From positions 5,642,001-5,706,000 of the forward strand of contig JAQFVV010000005.1 of assembly GCA_028023455.1 (NCBI GenBank): a stretch of 64,000 nt of DNA. Direction: 5' to 3'. This DNA comes from Epiperipatus broadwayi. Taxonomy: Eukaryota > Animalia > Onychophora. The notes beneath the pieces are model-generated. The model was not told where the DNA came from and ran no database searches. It was given only the letters and a program-made list of their open reading frames with translations. A program made the translations under genes and the position numbers. Positions 26,770 to 40,049 of this stretch are shown one piece after another; position 1 is the stretch's first letter, and the number at the start of each line of letters is the position of its first letter.

Positions 26770-29700
26770 TTTTTTTTTAGATAGAATGATTTAGTATTGT
26801 GAGATGTAGGATTAAAGCTCAGATAGTATCTTACAAACCAGAGTGATAATTCTTATATTGGGAAAAGGACCACTTTGTATATTTTTTATGAAATTGTTGA
26901 TTGTTAGTGAGTTTGAATGAGTCATGTTAGTGATAAGAGTATGACAAGAAAGAAGTGAAGAACAATCCATAAGAAAGTGTTTTAATGTTTCTTCATTTCT
27001 ATGACAGAGAGCATATAATAGATCTATATTTGTGAATGTCACTTGTAGAAGAGAAAATAATTAGTAGGAAGGACTTTGATATTTATTTTTATTAAGAAGT
27101 CCAGATATTTGGATTCCAAGTGCCAAAATCTGAACTTTTTTATAATGTATTTGTTAGTACATGACAATAAAGAGGGCCTATTTATTTTCAATTTCATATG
27201 TTTGCTAATAATTAATTTTATTTAGAAATAGATTATGTAAGAGAGTAGTGTGTTTACTTATGAGAATTATTAAGGTTTTGATAAAATTATCGTTAATGAA
27301 TGATAAAGTGTCAGTAGGGATAACAGGAATTACACTATTAACACTTGGGAAAAAACTAATTTGTTTAATCATTTCATTAATGACTCTCTGAAAATCAAAT
27401 GTAGAAATGCCATATACTGAAAGACCATTGAATTTAATATTTTTGCATATTTTTTATGCTTAGAGCTATTGCTTTTTTATTTCAGATTAGTTTGGTGATA
27501 AGGGTGTATATATATATATATATATTTGAATGAAGAAGTAAACTTAATAATGAGTAAGAAATAATTAATTTCAGAAATATTAAAATGTTGATTAGTGATG
27601 CCTTAGCATATATTGAAAGGTATGCTTTGGATAATGCATTAATGGTGCATTCTAACAATAAGCTGAATTTGAATAGCAGTTTTCATTGCATTATATGAGA
27701 GATGCATTGGGAAAGCTAAAAATTTATGAGGAGTAGAGAAATAAATGGAAGAAATGGTCTTACCTGTAAGAATATTCCAAGTGTCAAGTAACAGAAGCAG
27801 TTTTTTTGATGGAAGAAAAAACAACTAAGTCTTCCATATAGGAGACGTGATTAATGCTTTGGTTAATTATATGAATATATATTCCTGGAATTTCGCTTTC
27901 TATTTCCAAAAGAAGGGCATTGATGTAACTTGTGAAGGGAAGACAGTTAAGAAGAGAGCCTTGAGGAATAGAATTATGTGGATGAAATCAGGGAGTATTT
28001 TTCCATTGAGAGTTATGCGAACTTCTAAATAGATTTGCCAATATGTAGAAGTATGATATTCATATATTATATACTTTAATGAGTTGTAATAGTTTATGTA
28101 TAGGAACTGAGTCAAATTCAGACTTCATATCTAATTGCACAGCAATGGTTCTGTTTTTCTACATTGCCCAATGTAGTCTATTATTACTTTAAAGAGAATA
28201 GCTGCTAATGAAGTAAAGAAATCATTTTTTTGCAAACTGAAATTTTGATAATGGAGAGAAAAGAGGTGGTTGGGTTTTATCTTTAATAAGAGATTCAACT
28301 ATTTAAATAAGGAATGGAGTCATGGATATGGGTCTAAGATTGTCCAAGTGGAAAGGAATAATATTTTTTTAAGTAAGGGAACTATAGAGATAAGATAAAG
28401 TGCTGGGATTATGTGGATTTGTTTGGATAAATGATTAATTAAATTGTGAATTATTGGAATTGTGAAGTGGTTGAGATGGGGAATTTGGGTACTGTATGAG
28501 ATGCTGGATGAGTATTATCAGGAATGCTGTTTAATTTGAGGGCGATATCAGATTTAGTAATTCCGTGATGTTTAACATAATGTCCAAATAAAAAAGTGTG
28601 CAAGTTTGGGATAGGAATAAGTTGGAAATTTGGATTAAAAATGATAATATAAGGGGAAGCATGTTTTCTCCAGTCATTACATTTGAATCTTTCAAAATGA
28701 ATGATGGTATTGTTGCTTTTGGTATATAATTAAGGGCCCATTGTATATATATATATTTGATCAATTATGGGAACCTGCCATATATATTTTTGACTTATGA
28801 TTAAAGGAATAGATGTTGTTGAAGGGGAAATATTTTTAGTTGAATGTGTCTTGTATCCAATTCTTTTTTTTTTAGTTGGGGTTTATTTTTCCTAGCATAA
28901 AAATTTATGATAGATTTGATAATGTTTATAAATGTGAGCCATGATTCTACAGGGTTTAATTTCATAATGTTTATTTTTTTCTGAATAAATGTAAATTCTG
29001 AAAAAACAGCTTCAGGTGTCATTGATTTTAAAAGTAATATAATAGTGTTGTTAAGTCTGAATACTGATTGACTTTGCAAGTTTAACTAAATTTTAATTGC
29101 CAGTGCTAGATGGTCTGAAAAGCTTACAGGTATTAATGTAAAATTAATAAATAAATGAAAGTTAGAAGAATAGAAAAGAAGATCTATTAGTGTGGAGTGT
29201 TTTTGATGCAGAAAGAAAAAGAATATGTGGAAAAGAATCCTTCTGCACTCATGAGTCTGGCAATAATCTGATGGAGATATTTCTTCACAAAAGTTGAATA
29301 TGGCATGTTGAAATCACCAGTTAAAATTATAGGATGGGGATTAATAGAAATAAGCAAAATTATCTGCCTTATTAATCTTAATATTAATTCTGTTTTGTTG
29401 TAAAGGTATACTGTGATTATGTTTATTGTGAGGGAATTACGATAGTGTGTGAATCAAGATATAAAGTTTTAAATTGCTTAAATGGAGAATTATGGTGTAT
29501 AAACATTTCTACTCCAGCTGCAGATTTATCAGACTATGATAACAAAAAAAAAATCTAAATTTATTAAGATATCTATATGACTTAAGAATGTGATGAATAT
29601 TTTGTTTCAATCAAAAGAGTTATATTTGAGTTGAACTATGTGAGCCAGTTGCTCAGGGCAAATAAGTGTTGAGGTGAATTAATGTCCTTTACATTAAGCT

Positions 29701-31170
29701 GTGTTATATTTAAATTCATTAAGAATAAAACTTGGTGTAATCTGTTATATGTTTTAGATTTTATATTGAATTTAAGTATTAAAACAATAATTAAATTTTT
29801 ATGTTTTAATTTAATCATTTTGATAGTAAGAATAAATCACAGTGGTTTAATTCTTTTTGCTTGCAATACAGAATAAAAATGTTTTGGGGGTTTTCCAGTC
29901 AATTGTGTTTTCATATTATTTTTAAAAGTCAATTTTGATATTAATTTTGCTATACCATTATAATTTTTGGAGTGATTGATTTTGTTACTTGGAAAATGGA
30001 ATGAAAGGTGGTGTTTTTATCTGTGTGACACACTGAGTTCTAATATACTATTTTATTTTTTATTCTTTAATACTTTTCTTTTTTGTATCATTTTCTACAA
30101 TGGTAAAAGTTTGTTCTTGAGATGTGATGGTTTTGCTGATATCTAATTTCTGTTGAATTCCTATTTCTACTATAGGAAATATAGGGTTTTCTATTGTTAA
30201 ATGGATAAACTTAAATTTTTTGGTGGTGTGTATTAATGATTCAGAATCTTTATTATTAAGGGAGTTATTTTCCTCTTGGATTTGTTGTGCTATTTTTAGA
30301 GTGATTTTTATCCGAAGTTTTTTGCATTTTATTTTATTTTCCCCCAACTTTTAGAAATTTACCTTTTTCTACATCAGTATCATTATCTGTTGAGTATTCC
30401 ATATATGAATTAGTTATAGACATATCTTTTTGAGTAACAGGAGTGGTGATGATTTTCTACTGGTGTGTTTATTAATGTTCTTACTTCAACTGATGTAGAA
30501 CTGTTTATGTTATGTTCAATGTGACTGTCCGTATTCAACATTAGATTATCTGGGGATATTGTATCTGAAGTTATTTGTAACTCTTCCTTATTGTGGGATC
30601 CACATCCTGAACAAATGTGATTTGGGCATGTTTTGATGAGATGTTCCCTGAATTTGCAAAAGAAACATTATGGAGGAATGCCTTTAAGAGTGATGACAAG
30701 AGGAGAACTATCCATGTAGTGTAATGTATGTATATCATAAGGTTGAATATTTTTATTCAACATAATGTCAAATATAGCAGTATTAGTTAGGATGAGGACT
30801 GTGGCTCTTTTTTCAAGTAAATATTTAAAGTTACTGATTTTTTCCATAATTGATTAGTAAAGATTGTAAATCATGACTAGTGAAATTAATGTGACAATTT
30901 TTGATTTGCCCTCTAGTTTTATTTATTTGTTTGTATTTATATAACAAATAAATTTATTCTTTTGGAAAATATGTTTCTGTGCGATATTATTAACCTCTAA
31001 AACTATATAGCGATTATTAGGGTGTACCAAAATTTTATAAAATAATCCCTGCAAATGTTTTTTTGCTATATATTCATAAAATTCGTCCATTGGGAATTTC
31101 ATTAACATGATATTAGTACTTGTCACCGCTATTATTAACATTTTATCATTATCGAACTTTTGAAACATTG
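26770..31170 (-). mobile_element. Decayed, near full-length L1/Tx1-type LINE (ORF1 with CCHC knuckle, ORF2)
   Basis: Poly-T at ~26765-26778 corresponds to a poly-A tail. C-terminal LCHRNEETLKHFLMDC knuckle (ORF 26812-27042). ORF1 CFFCKFREHLIKTC..CSGCGSH at ~30600-30670. Several broken ORFs in the same orientation. Confidence 0.8.
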
Positions 31171-31369
31171 ACTAATACAAAATTGACTTTATTAAGATTA
31201 TTTTTTTCATTAACATTTTGTTTTTGAATGCACAAATTAGCATCTTCAAAATTGTAAATTTCTTAAATGTTTTTATTTATATTGTTTTTTTCAGCCTCAT
31301 TTTCATTTTGAGCCCTTACAATATCTACATAAGAAGTTTTTACTAAATATAAAAAATATTGCAATTAGC

Positions 31370-31700
31370 GTCCGTATTACGTTGTTATTATAATTTCCGT
31401 ATTAGAGAAATTTGTCTCCATAATATTTTTTAAAATGTTTTTATTACTATTATTTGCTTCAGATTTCCGAATGTAGATTTACAATGATAGTAGGCATAAG
31501 GCTAGAAAATTGTCGCATAATAGAATATTAGATTGGAAAAAAACCGTACTTTCAACTCACATGATACTAATTTTAATTTTTATCCGAGATTATATTTTTT
31601 TGTATAAAAATGTAATTTTTAGAACGAACACGAATGCTATTTTTCCGTTATTTATTAGAATTTGTATAGACAGTCGCCATGTTGACCGAACCAAGCACTT
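31370..31700 (-). promoter_or_regulatory. CpG-retaining patch, possible promoter or first non-coding exon
   Basis: Many CpGs by eye. YY1-like CGCCATGTT at 31675-31683. Minus-strand donor TCAT|GTGAGT at 31560. Confidence 0.3.
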
Positions 31701-32444
31701 CATTAATTATAAAATTATTAATTGTAGTGCAATCATTATTTTAAACATTATTAGAAATATGATGTTATAAATAATATATACTTTTTTATTTAAAAAATAA
31801 TACAGAATTTATAAAAACAATTTGATTATGTAAATATGAGCATTCAAAGAAAACACCTCAGTAATAAAAATATGTGATTTTTTTTTATAAAAAAAAATTT
31901 ACACATAAATTGAATTATACAAAAATATATAAATAGTCTGCTTGCATATGCTATAGATTGCCTATATATTCAAAGATCAATGATAAATAGATTTTATAAA
32001 TCTGAAAGCTTCACAAAATTTACTGAAAAAAAGTTCAAATTGTTTGGCAAACAAAGTTGTAGCTTTTCTATACAATCACTTTTAGCACTTAAATACTTCG
32101 TTTTAACTATATGAACTTTTGTGAAAAAAAATTGCATCTTAGAATTCATTCTTTTTATGCAGCAATTAGCCATGAGAAATCATAATAATCAATATGCAGA
32201 CATTTTATAATAACCATGCATAACTGAGTGCATAGCAAAGAAACTAATTGCAATGCTTTGTCAATGTCCCACATTTTAAATTTTATATCTGAGATAATCT
32301 TTTATTTCATTTTGTAACCTGAAATAGTTAAGGTCAAAAATTCCACAGAAATGTGTGTCTTTTACTATATATTTATTGAGAGCTTTTATTTAAAATTATT
32401 TGTACAAGTCCTCAAATTTTAGGCAAAATACTAACTGTAACTCA

Positions 32445-32740
32445 TTATTATCATCATTTTCAAACATTATACAGCCATTGAAAGATGAAAATCCCTTGAA
32501 ATTTAATCTAGGCTTTCTAATTCATAGTTTCTCTTTTTCACATCAGCAAATTTTCTTATTTCTTCCATCTATCTCTCAATAATTTGTTCAGTTCAGCTCT
32601 ATTTTAATATCTTAATTCTTTTACTAGATTTTGACAGTAATCTTGGAATGCAATTAAAAACTTTAACTTCCATCTATTAACCTATCTTCCAATAATTTGT
32701 TCAGTTCAGCTCTATTTTAGTATCTTAATTCTTTCAATGA
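32445..32740 (-). mobile_element. RTE LINE 3' end fragment with internal duplication
   Basis: Reverse complement resembles 60440-60580 (GATGGA..GAAATAAGAAA...TTTCATC...GATGATAAT tail). AATAATTTGTTCAGTTCAGCTCTATTTT is duplicated at ~32575 and ~32690. Confidence 0.6.
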
Positions 32741-33229
32741 TCACCAAAAATTAGCTGGATATATATTCACACCAACCACAACAACTATTAAGTATATAGA
32801 AAGAGACAACTCCCAGCAAAAAATTAGAGAAGTATATTTTATAACTAACTTCCCCCAAGCTATTAACAGAAGTGACTCATTCTTCCCCCTCTCCAAAAAA
32901 ACGAACTTTATAACACTAATTAACATTTAACAATTTCACTCAAATTTAAATTTCTTCTACCATATATATTATCACAATACAGCATAGTTTTATCCCAGAT
33001 ATTAATATGAAAGCACAATAGTGTATATTAATACAGCAAAAGCTCAAACTTCACTTTAGTTGTGTACTAGCACACTATTGGCCAATTATTTTGATTAAAG
33101 CAAAGTGTACTCATAGAACTCTTATTTTTATGTGTAATAATATTCTGACCAAGCTATTTGTAGTTGAAATAGTGATCATGTGATGTTTATTAGTTGTTAA
33201 CTTCTAATTCGTCATTATCAATTTTTATT

Positions 33230-35250
33230 TTTCCATTTAGAAAAATCTACTGAATATTATTTTAGCCAATTAGCTTTGGTTCTGCTTTCATACTCTAATC
33301 CGGTAATTATTACAACATTTCCTGAAACTCTGAATCATTATTTGCAAAAACAACCATGTCATCTGCAAATTTAAATAATCTTCAATTACTTTTACTCCCC
33401 ATTTTAATTCACAAAGTAATACTCCTGTAAAAAGCTTTGGAGATATGGAATCACATTATATACACCTTTCACACTGTTAATCTTCTTAATATCACCATGT
33501 AATCTAATCATTGCATTTTGATAAATATTCTTCAGAAGATTACAATATTTGGGGTTTGTATATTAGATAATCCAAAGCTATTAAAGCAGGCAAAACTCTC
33601 CATACAGTAGTGATCATGTCATGATTAGTGGTATAATCCAAAGCTTTAATCACAGTCAAATTCCTTCAAAATCAAATGCCTTTTCATAATCTATAAATTT
33701 ATGACAACTCATTTTTTTAAAATAGTTTTTTCTTTTAGTTGTTTAAAATCCAAAATTCACTGCAGATGAATTGTAATTTTTTTTTGTAAAAATTTTGTAT
33801 AGAATTGATAAAAGATTAATAGATCTGTAATTTTTAATATCTTTTTTTCATCCTTTTTAAATATAAATATTATTATTGCATTCTTCCAAACATGTTACAT
33901 CTTTATCATTTAAATATTTGATATATAACTTTGCAGGCAGTTTTTCTATTTCTTCATCTGTTTAAGATATCAATTATAATTCCAACATTACCTGGAGCAC
34001 TTCCCTTCTTCATAGATTTAATTGCATATCAAAATGTCAGACAATTCAGATGTGGTACTTTATTTTATTGATCTTTATTGTTACATAATTCTTTATAGAA
34101 CTCTTCTACACATATTATGATGACATTTCTTAATGACATTTATCGTTTTAGTAATTTGTAATCTTTTTTTCTTATTGCAGAAATAACTTTTCTTCTAATA
34201 CCAAATTGTTGATTTATACTTTTGAGACTTAGTTTCATCTACAACTTTTCTTGTCAATTCATAATTATGTCTTCTTAAATAATTATTAAGTTTTTTTTAT
34301 ATCATTCAAATTTTTTTAGTGTATCATTTTTATATATTTTCACCCCCCCCCCTTTTTTCATACCCTGTTTTGCCTCAGTAAAAAATTTACAGGTAAATTG
34401 CTGTTTTTTAATACTATCTTTCTTGCTGTTCATAATAGAATATCAGTTATCTTTTTATTAATTACAGTTAAGTTTAAACTATTTTCTAAATCAGTTAATT
34501 ATTTTTAAATGTTGTCAAGTTCTAATTTAAATTCATTAGAGTGTTTCTGAAGATTAGGAATATCGCTGCCAATATTGACTATCTTAATAGTTTTTGTTTC
34601 TCCAGTTATGCAATGACATTTGCCTTACATCTCACTAATTGATATTTATTTTTTGTACTGCATCTATTAATAACATTACATTCTTAAAATACATATTTTC
34701 TATTGGTATTGGTAAAAATATGTTGTACCTTCATTTGGATACTTTTATGTTTATTTTCATTTAATATTTTTTCTCAGGAAATGAATAATTAAAAAATTTT
34801 CTTTTTCTGAAAATTCAACAAATTTGTGTCATCTTATTTCTATTAACATAACCAAATTTACTCACTATACTTTCATCTCTCAGTTGTTTACCGATTCTGG
34901 TACTAAAGTCTCTCATGACAATTTTAAAATATTGTTTGGTTTCATCAAAGGCTTTATCATCACAAAGAGAGCTTTTAGGAGCATTAACTTGAATTATCTG
35001 TATTTGATATCTTTCATTAATTTTATTCCTGCTGCTCTGTCTAACATATCCATCTCCATGATATTTTTCATTCTCTCCTACACTACTTGTGCTTACAGTA
35101 TTTGTATCCTTATAGTAATGTACATGTCTACTTTTTAATTCAATTGTGTCTTTACTTTTTGACTAAAATATTTCATTTTGTCTATCATGATTTGTTTATT
35201 ATAAATAAATATCTTTCACAGATACATTTGTTCTGCCTTCAATAAAACAA
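33230..35250 (-). mobile_element. Decayed RTE-type LINE (endonuclease to RT)
   Basis: Minus-strand motifs FIDYEKAFD (~33660-33700) and LFKFADDMVVFA (~33345-33380). Confidence 0.75.
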
Positions 35251-36599
35251 CATATATTTCAGTTAAGAATCAACAATGAAGAAATGGTGTTTTTTGATTT
35301 TGAAATCAGAAGTAAAATTTATTAAACTCACTAACAATTCATTTGTATTCGTTTACTATATAAATAATCATAACATGATAACAACTTCAAAATCGAGAAT
35401 GTATGGAGTTTCTTTAAGTATCAAAGAGGAATCATAGGCTCTCCTTTCAGTTAATAGCAAAATCCTTCTTCAGCCTATCTGCAACTACCTGCATAATATA
35501 CAAATTCAGCATCATGCAAGATCCAAAAAACATTTTATATATATAGTAAGGGCGCACACATTTATGTACATATTAACTATTTTATTAATTTTGATTTTTT
35601 TTTAAATATTGTATGTCTATCATATTTTAAAATACAAAGCTTATATGTAGGTAATTTTCATGATTCTGATAAGGCATTTATAAGATTCTAGTGAGTCTTT
35701 TGTTCGATTGTATTCTGACCAAGAAATGCTTTCGAAGATAATTTGCTATTGCTTTCAGCCATTTTGTATCAAATATCTATGAAAATTTATAATTTTTTAA
35801 AAAATTCTAGTTCCTCCGATATTAGCAACATTTTTGTTAGTGTCTAATTCAACCTGTGACCTTCAGTTTGACAGACAAAAGAAAGAGCAACTAATATTAG
35901 TATCAATTTAAGCATCAAGTCAAGGCATTAACCTTTTTCCTGGAGCGAAAATAATTCTCATATTTCCTTCCTGTTTTGACTTATCCTATTAAGAGCTGTC
36001 TGATTAGTGAAATAATTCCATTAAACATTCTGAAATAAACCCAAAACAATAAGTCACCGAGCAGCAAGTTTTTGTAGGAACAAATATATATATGAACTTT
36101 AAAAAATAGGCAAAATGCCACCTATTAAAAATATTTCGGATGATAGAAATAACTTAGCTGTATATGTGTATCTGACGTCACAAAATATTATAGAATCGTT
36201 GCTTTCTTAAAAAAAAAAACTTTTGAAGATTATATGCTAGCTCTCCTTGATGATGATAAAATTTTTGTTTATAATTTGCTAACAATACCTGTTGCTAAAA
36301 ATTTCACAAATACATTGTTAGACAATTATATATATATAGACAATTAAATATATATGATGCACTTACAAGATTTTGGTTTATAAATAGTTTAATGTATACT
36401 GAAATGCCTTTGCTCTGAAATGGGCTATATATGGTTGGTATGCCTTTTCAATAACGGCATGCAGTCCACCCAAACAATGGAAACACTTCTCTCCTTAATA
36501 ATTATATTTTATATATATGCGCAACATTTTCATTTACCTGAAGGTTTGTGAGATGACAATCTTATAAGTTTTTTAATTTTTAAAATTAAAAATATGAAA

Positions 36600-36800
36600 A
36601 CCAAGCAGTTATAAAAATAAACATATGTTTTTTTCTAACTGGATGTAGAATGTTATGTAACTTCTACTTCCACTGTACTGATATTGTCTCACATTGTAAT
36701 ATCTTTGCCTCAAATCAAGCTCATACAGTTCTAAGAAGTTATTCTGTTGCTTGTTTTCATGACATGACCATAGTTTAAAGATATTGATCATAACCAATAT
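36600..36800 (-). mobile_element. RTE C-terminal remnant
   Basis: YGHVMKTSNR resembles WYGHVMR, and a DNI motif follows, in a frame other than the listed ORF. Confidence 0.35.
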
Positions 36801-37309
36801 ACTGTATCACTACATTGCCTTTTTTTTTGTGAGAGTAATTTTAAAATTAAATCCACAAAGTAATTTAATATAAGAGTTTATTCATGGCATGGCAATTATT
36901 GGAGATATTTGTAATAGCTTTTACAGTATTCTGATGCAATGTTCTTAATGAATTGTACAATACAACAATCTCTATATGGTAATTCGAGTACTGTTCATCA
37001 TCATCATCATCAACAACATTATTATTATTATCATCATAAGATAAGAGTAATATTTTGATATGCTTCTTTCTTTCATATTGCAAATATTTTTACAATATAT
37101 ATACTTTAGAACCATTGCAATTTTAAAATGAGCAAATCTTGTGATGAATCTTGCATAACTAATTCTTTATTGACATATAATTTGGATCTAAATATTTTAT
37201 TAATAAGCGATAATTAAAACAAGAAGTAGATAATTAAAAATAATCTTTATTCAGCATTTCAATACTAGCTACTATGAGGCAATATTTAAATACATTGTAT
37301 ATTTTCTAT

Positions 37310-37920
37310 ACTAAAGTTAATGTAATTATAAAGGACTTGAACTCAGGCTTTCAAACTCCCCACAGCTATCCAGTTCACCTTATACATATATGTAAGACGA
37401 ATAAATGATCTCCAATATATATATTTTGTGCTGAATTAGCACCCATCAATTGGTCTAGATCACTATCTCCAGCACATGACTACAATCACTGCTCAGTTTA
37501 TATTAAGATAGCAAATCTTCAAATTTTAATGGACAAGCTTCAATCTTCTCCATTCTCCAACTCTTCAGTCATCTACATCATTGAAAATCAGGATGAAATG
37601 CTCAAAGCCCTTGTCATATCCATGTTGACCTTAAGTCAATCTGACTTCTCACACATAGAATCTTAATATGTCCATTTAATTATACAGAAGAGGAATGGAC
37701 AAAATACAGGCTGAATATGTAATATTTAAATGTATATCTTCTATAGTAAACTTAATGTAATTATATCAACTGATGAATGCTGGTTCAGCATGAAATACGT
37801 TTATTGGAGATCCATTTATCTTTCACACATATATGTGGTCATAAGTATCAATTGTTTAAGATGGATTGGATAGATGTGGGGAATTTGAAAGTCTAAGCTC
37901 AAGTCCTTCATAATTACTAT
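37310..37920. mobile_element. Family B fold-back element (longer copy)
   Basis: 37325-37455 is inverted at 37766-37915. Degenerate minus-strand hammerhead at 37411-37455 and plus-strand hammerhead at 37766-37807. Confidence 0.8.
37766..37807 (+). ncRNA. Minimal hammerhead ribozyme motif (family B)
   Basis: TCAA-CTGATGA(37770-37776)-ATGCT ggttc AGCAT-GAAA(37792-37795)-TACGTT-TA|TTGG. Perfect 5-bp stem II, one mismatch in stem III. Confidence 0.7.
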
Positions 37921-38401
37921 TATGAGACAGTAGCTTGGTTAACAAAATACATGAAAAAAACATAGAATTAGTTGATTTTTTATTGTTTGAGAGTTGGTTG
38001 AGTGCTGAAATTGTCAGCACTGGAATTGACTCTAGGGCCAGACACTTATATGTAATTACTGTACTAAACCCCACAAGGTCTTAAATAATAATGATAAGAA
38101 ATAAAATATAATTGGTGATGATATTTTTTAAAATATTTATACTTTTTTATATTTATATTTAAATTTCTGTAAAGTCTTCCATATATGGAATGTTATTACA
38201 AAGTAGAATTATCTTATTGAGTGGAATACCTATTATTGAAATTATCATGTGATTTAATACATATTTTATGAGTTAAATTAAGTATAAACACTGATATGAG
38301 ATCATATGATGCTCAAATACTCATGTGGCAAATTGAGCTATTTAAAGTTGCATTTAATTAGATCATACAATGGTAGACTAGCTTTTTCAAGTTTTTTTAT
38401 A

Positions 38402-38482
38402 TGTCAAAGCATTACTGGAAGCGAATCCAGGCCAGCTGCTTGGAAGGCAGCTATGCTAACCACTAGACCATCAACACTTGAC
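38402..38482 (-). pseudogene. tRNA-Gly(TCC)-derived SINE or pseudogene
   Basis: Minus strand GTGTTGATGGTCTAGTGGTTAGCATAGCTGCCTTCCAAGCAGCTGGCCTGGATTCGCTTCC closely resembles eukaryotic tRNA-Gly-TCC. Acceptor stem and B box are damaged. Flanked by TGTCAA/TTGACA. Confidence 0.85.
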
Positions 38483-39929
38483 AAGATTTTTCAGTTTTAT
38501 TCCATCTAAAAATACAAAATACACAAAAATAAAAAATATATAAGTATGCAGCATATAGAAAAACAAAAAAACTTGTATATAATTCACCATAGGGACAATT
38601 ATCTCTCCAATAGATAGGCACAATAAAATAATAATTATTTCTTATCAGGCTGGTCACTTTGAGCATTTTCTTTATCCTTACTTTTATTTACCAAACAATG
38701 TTAGATGATTAGTTGTAGTGATTATGGTAATTATCCGGGGTGGGGGGATCACAAATCTAACTGGAATCAAAATAAAATTCAAGTAATGCAGACTTGTCTC
38801 CCAGGTTATTAGCAAAGCAAGCAGATATGCTAACATCACACATTAGGTTTCATATATATATAAAAGAGCAACTATCTATTTTAGAATTATCTATAGTAAC
38901 ATTGAGTAATCAATCAGTTAATATATGAATATACAGTATATAAACAAAAACACAATTATCTTTCTATACAACTGCTTTAATATTTCAACTGGAAGATTGT
39001 TTTTCATCAGAAATTATACCAAACGTTGTTGTTTTTTATTTCTATATTTCCTTTAATTAGTTTATATATTTCTTATTGTTTTCATATATATAAACACACA
39101 TAACATATTTTGCTGATGGAAAGAACTCATTAAAATTTCTAAGTGATGTAGCCAAATATTAAAACTGAAATAAATTGTCACAGGGTGGCAATCAATGACA
39201 TTTTATTATTGGCAACGATCACATAATAATGGTATTATGATGTCAAATTACGTCTACCCGATTTCAGATAGAGAATTTGATGTATTAATATACATAGACT
39301 AAAATACATGCACAAATATCGGATTAATAACTTTATTACAATTTAATTTACAAGAGCCAAATTTATTCTATATTTGCCAATATTCTCTTCAGATAAATGT
39401 TAATGATTATTAATAATAATTTGTGAGGTTGAGGATTATTATCATATTTTATTTTTTTGTAAACTTTAAACTTAATTAAAAATAAATATATCTATTCTCA
39501 ATAAATATAATCACATAGTGATTATGTGTACTATCTTAGATTTACTTAAAATTTATATTTCTTTAATACATTTCAAAATCATGAGTATCATCGTATACTT
39601 TGATAAATGTTTTATACAATTATGCAAATGAAATATGCATGTCCATAAAAGGAATGAAATAAATGCATATAAATTCTTTGATACAATGAAAATGTGAGAA
39701 TTTTTTAATTAAATTATATTTGTTAAATGGCTTCTATTGTACTTGAATATGCCATTGTATTTATTTTTAAATTTGTATTAGGATTGTATTTATAGTGTAT
39801 ATAGAGATAAAAATAAAATAAGATCAATGCTAGTTTAATATTAAATAAATTGATTAAAGTGAATTAATTCACGATTATATTTTATCGATATATAATATTT
39901 AATATTTTTGATTTATTAATAAATATAAG

Positions 39930-40049
39930 GGATTTGAACACAGACTTTCAAGCACCCTTCAACTATCCACATTATCTCATATCACTGATATACTTGGTAT
40001 GAGATAGTGTGGATAGTTGAAGGGTGCTTGAAACTCTGTGTTCAAATCC
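39930..40049. repeat. Minimal 120-bp fold-back made of family B 3' ends
   Basis: GGATTTGAACACAGACTTTCAAGCACCCTTCAACTATCCAC is inverted almost perfectly. Homologous to the outer arms at 7370-7400 and 37335-37370. Confidence 0.85.

Noticed and set aside
31650-31684. Strong Kozak CAACATGGCG on the minus strand as a gene start
   Set aside because: The frame closes after 10 codons with no usable donor. Kept only as a YY1-like motif.
38402-38482. Functional tRNA-Gly(TCC) gene
   Set aside because: Acceptor stem mismatches, a degenerate B box and TSD-like flanks indicate a SINE or pseudogene.
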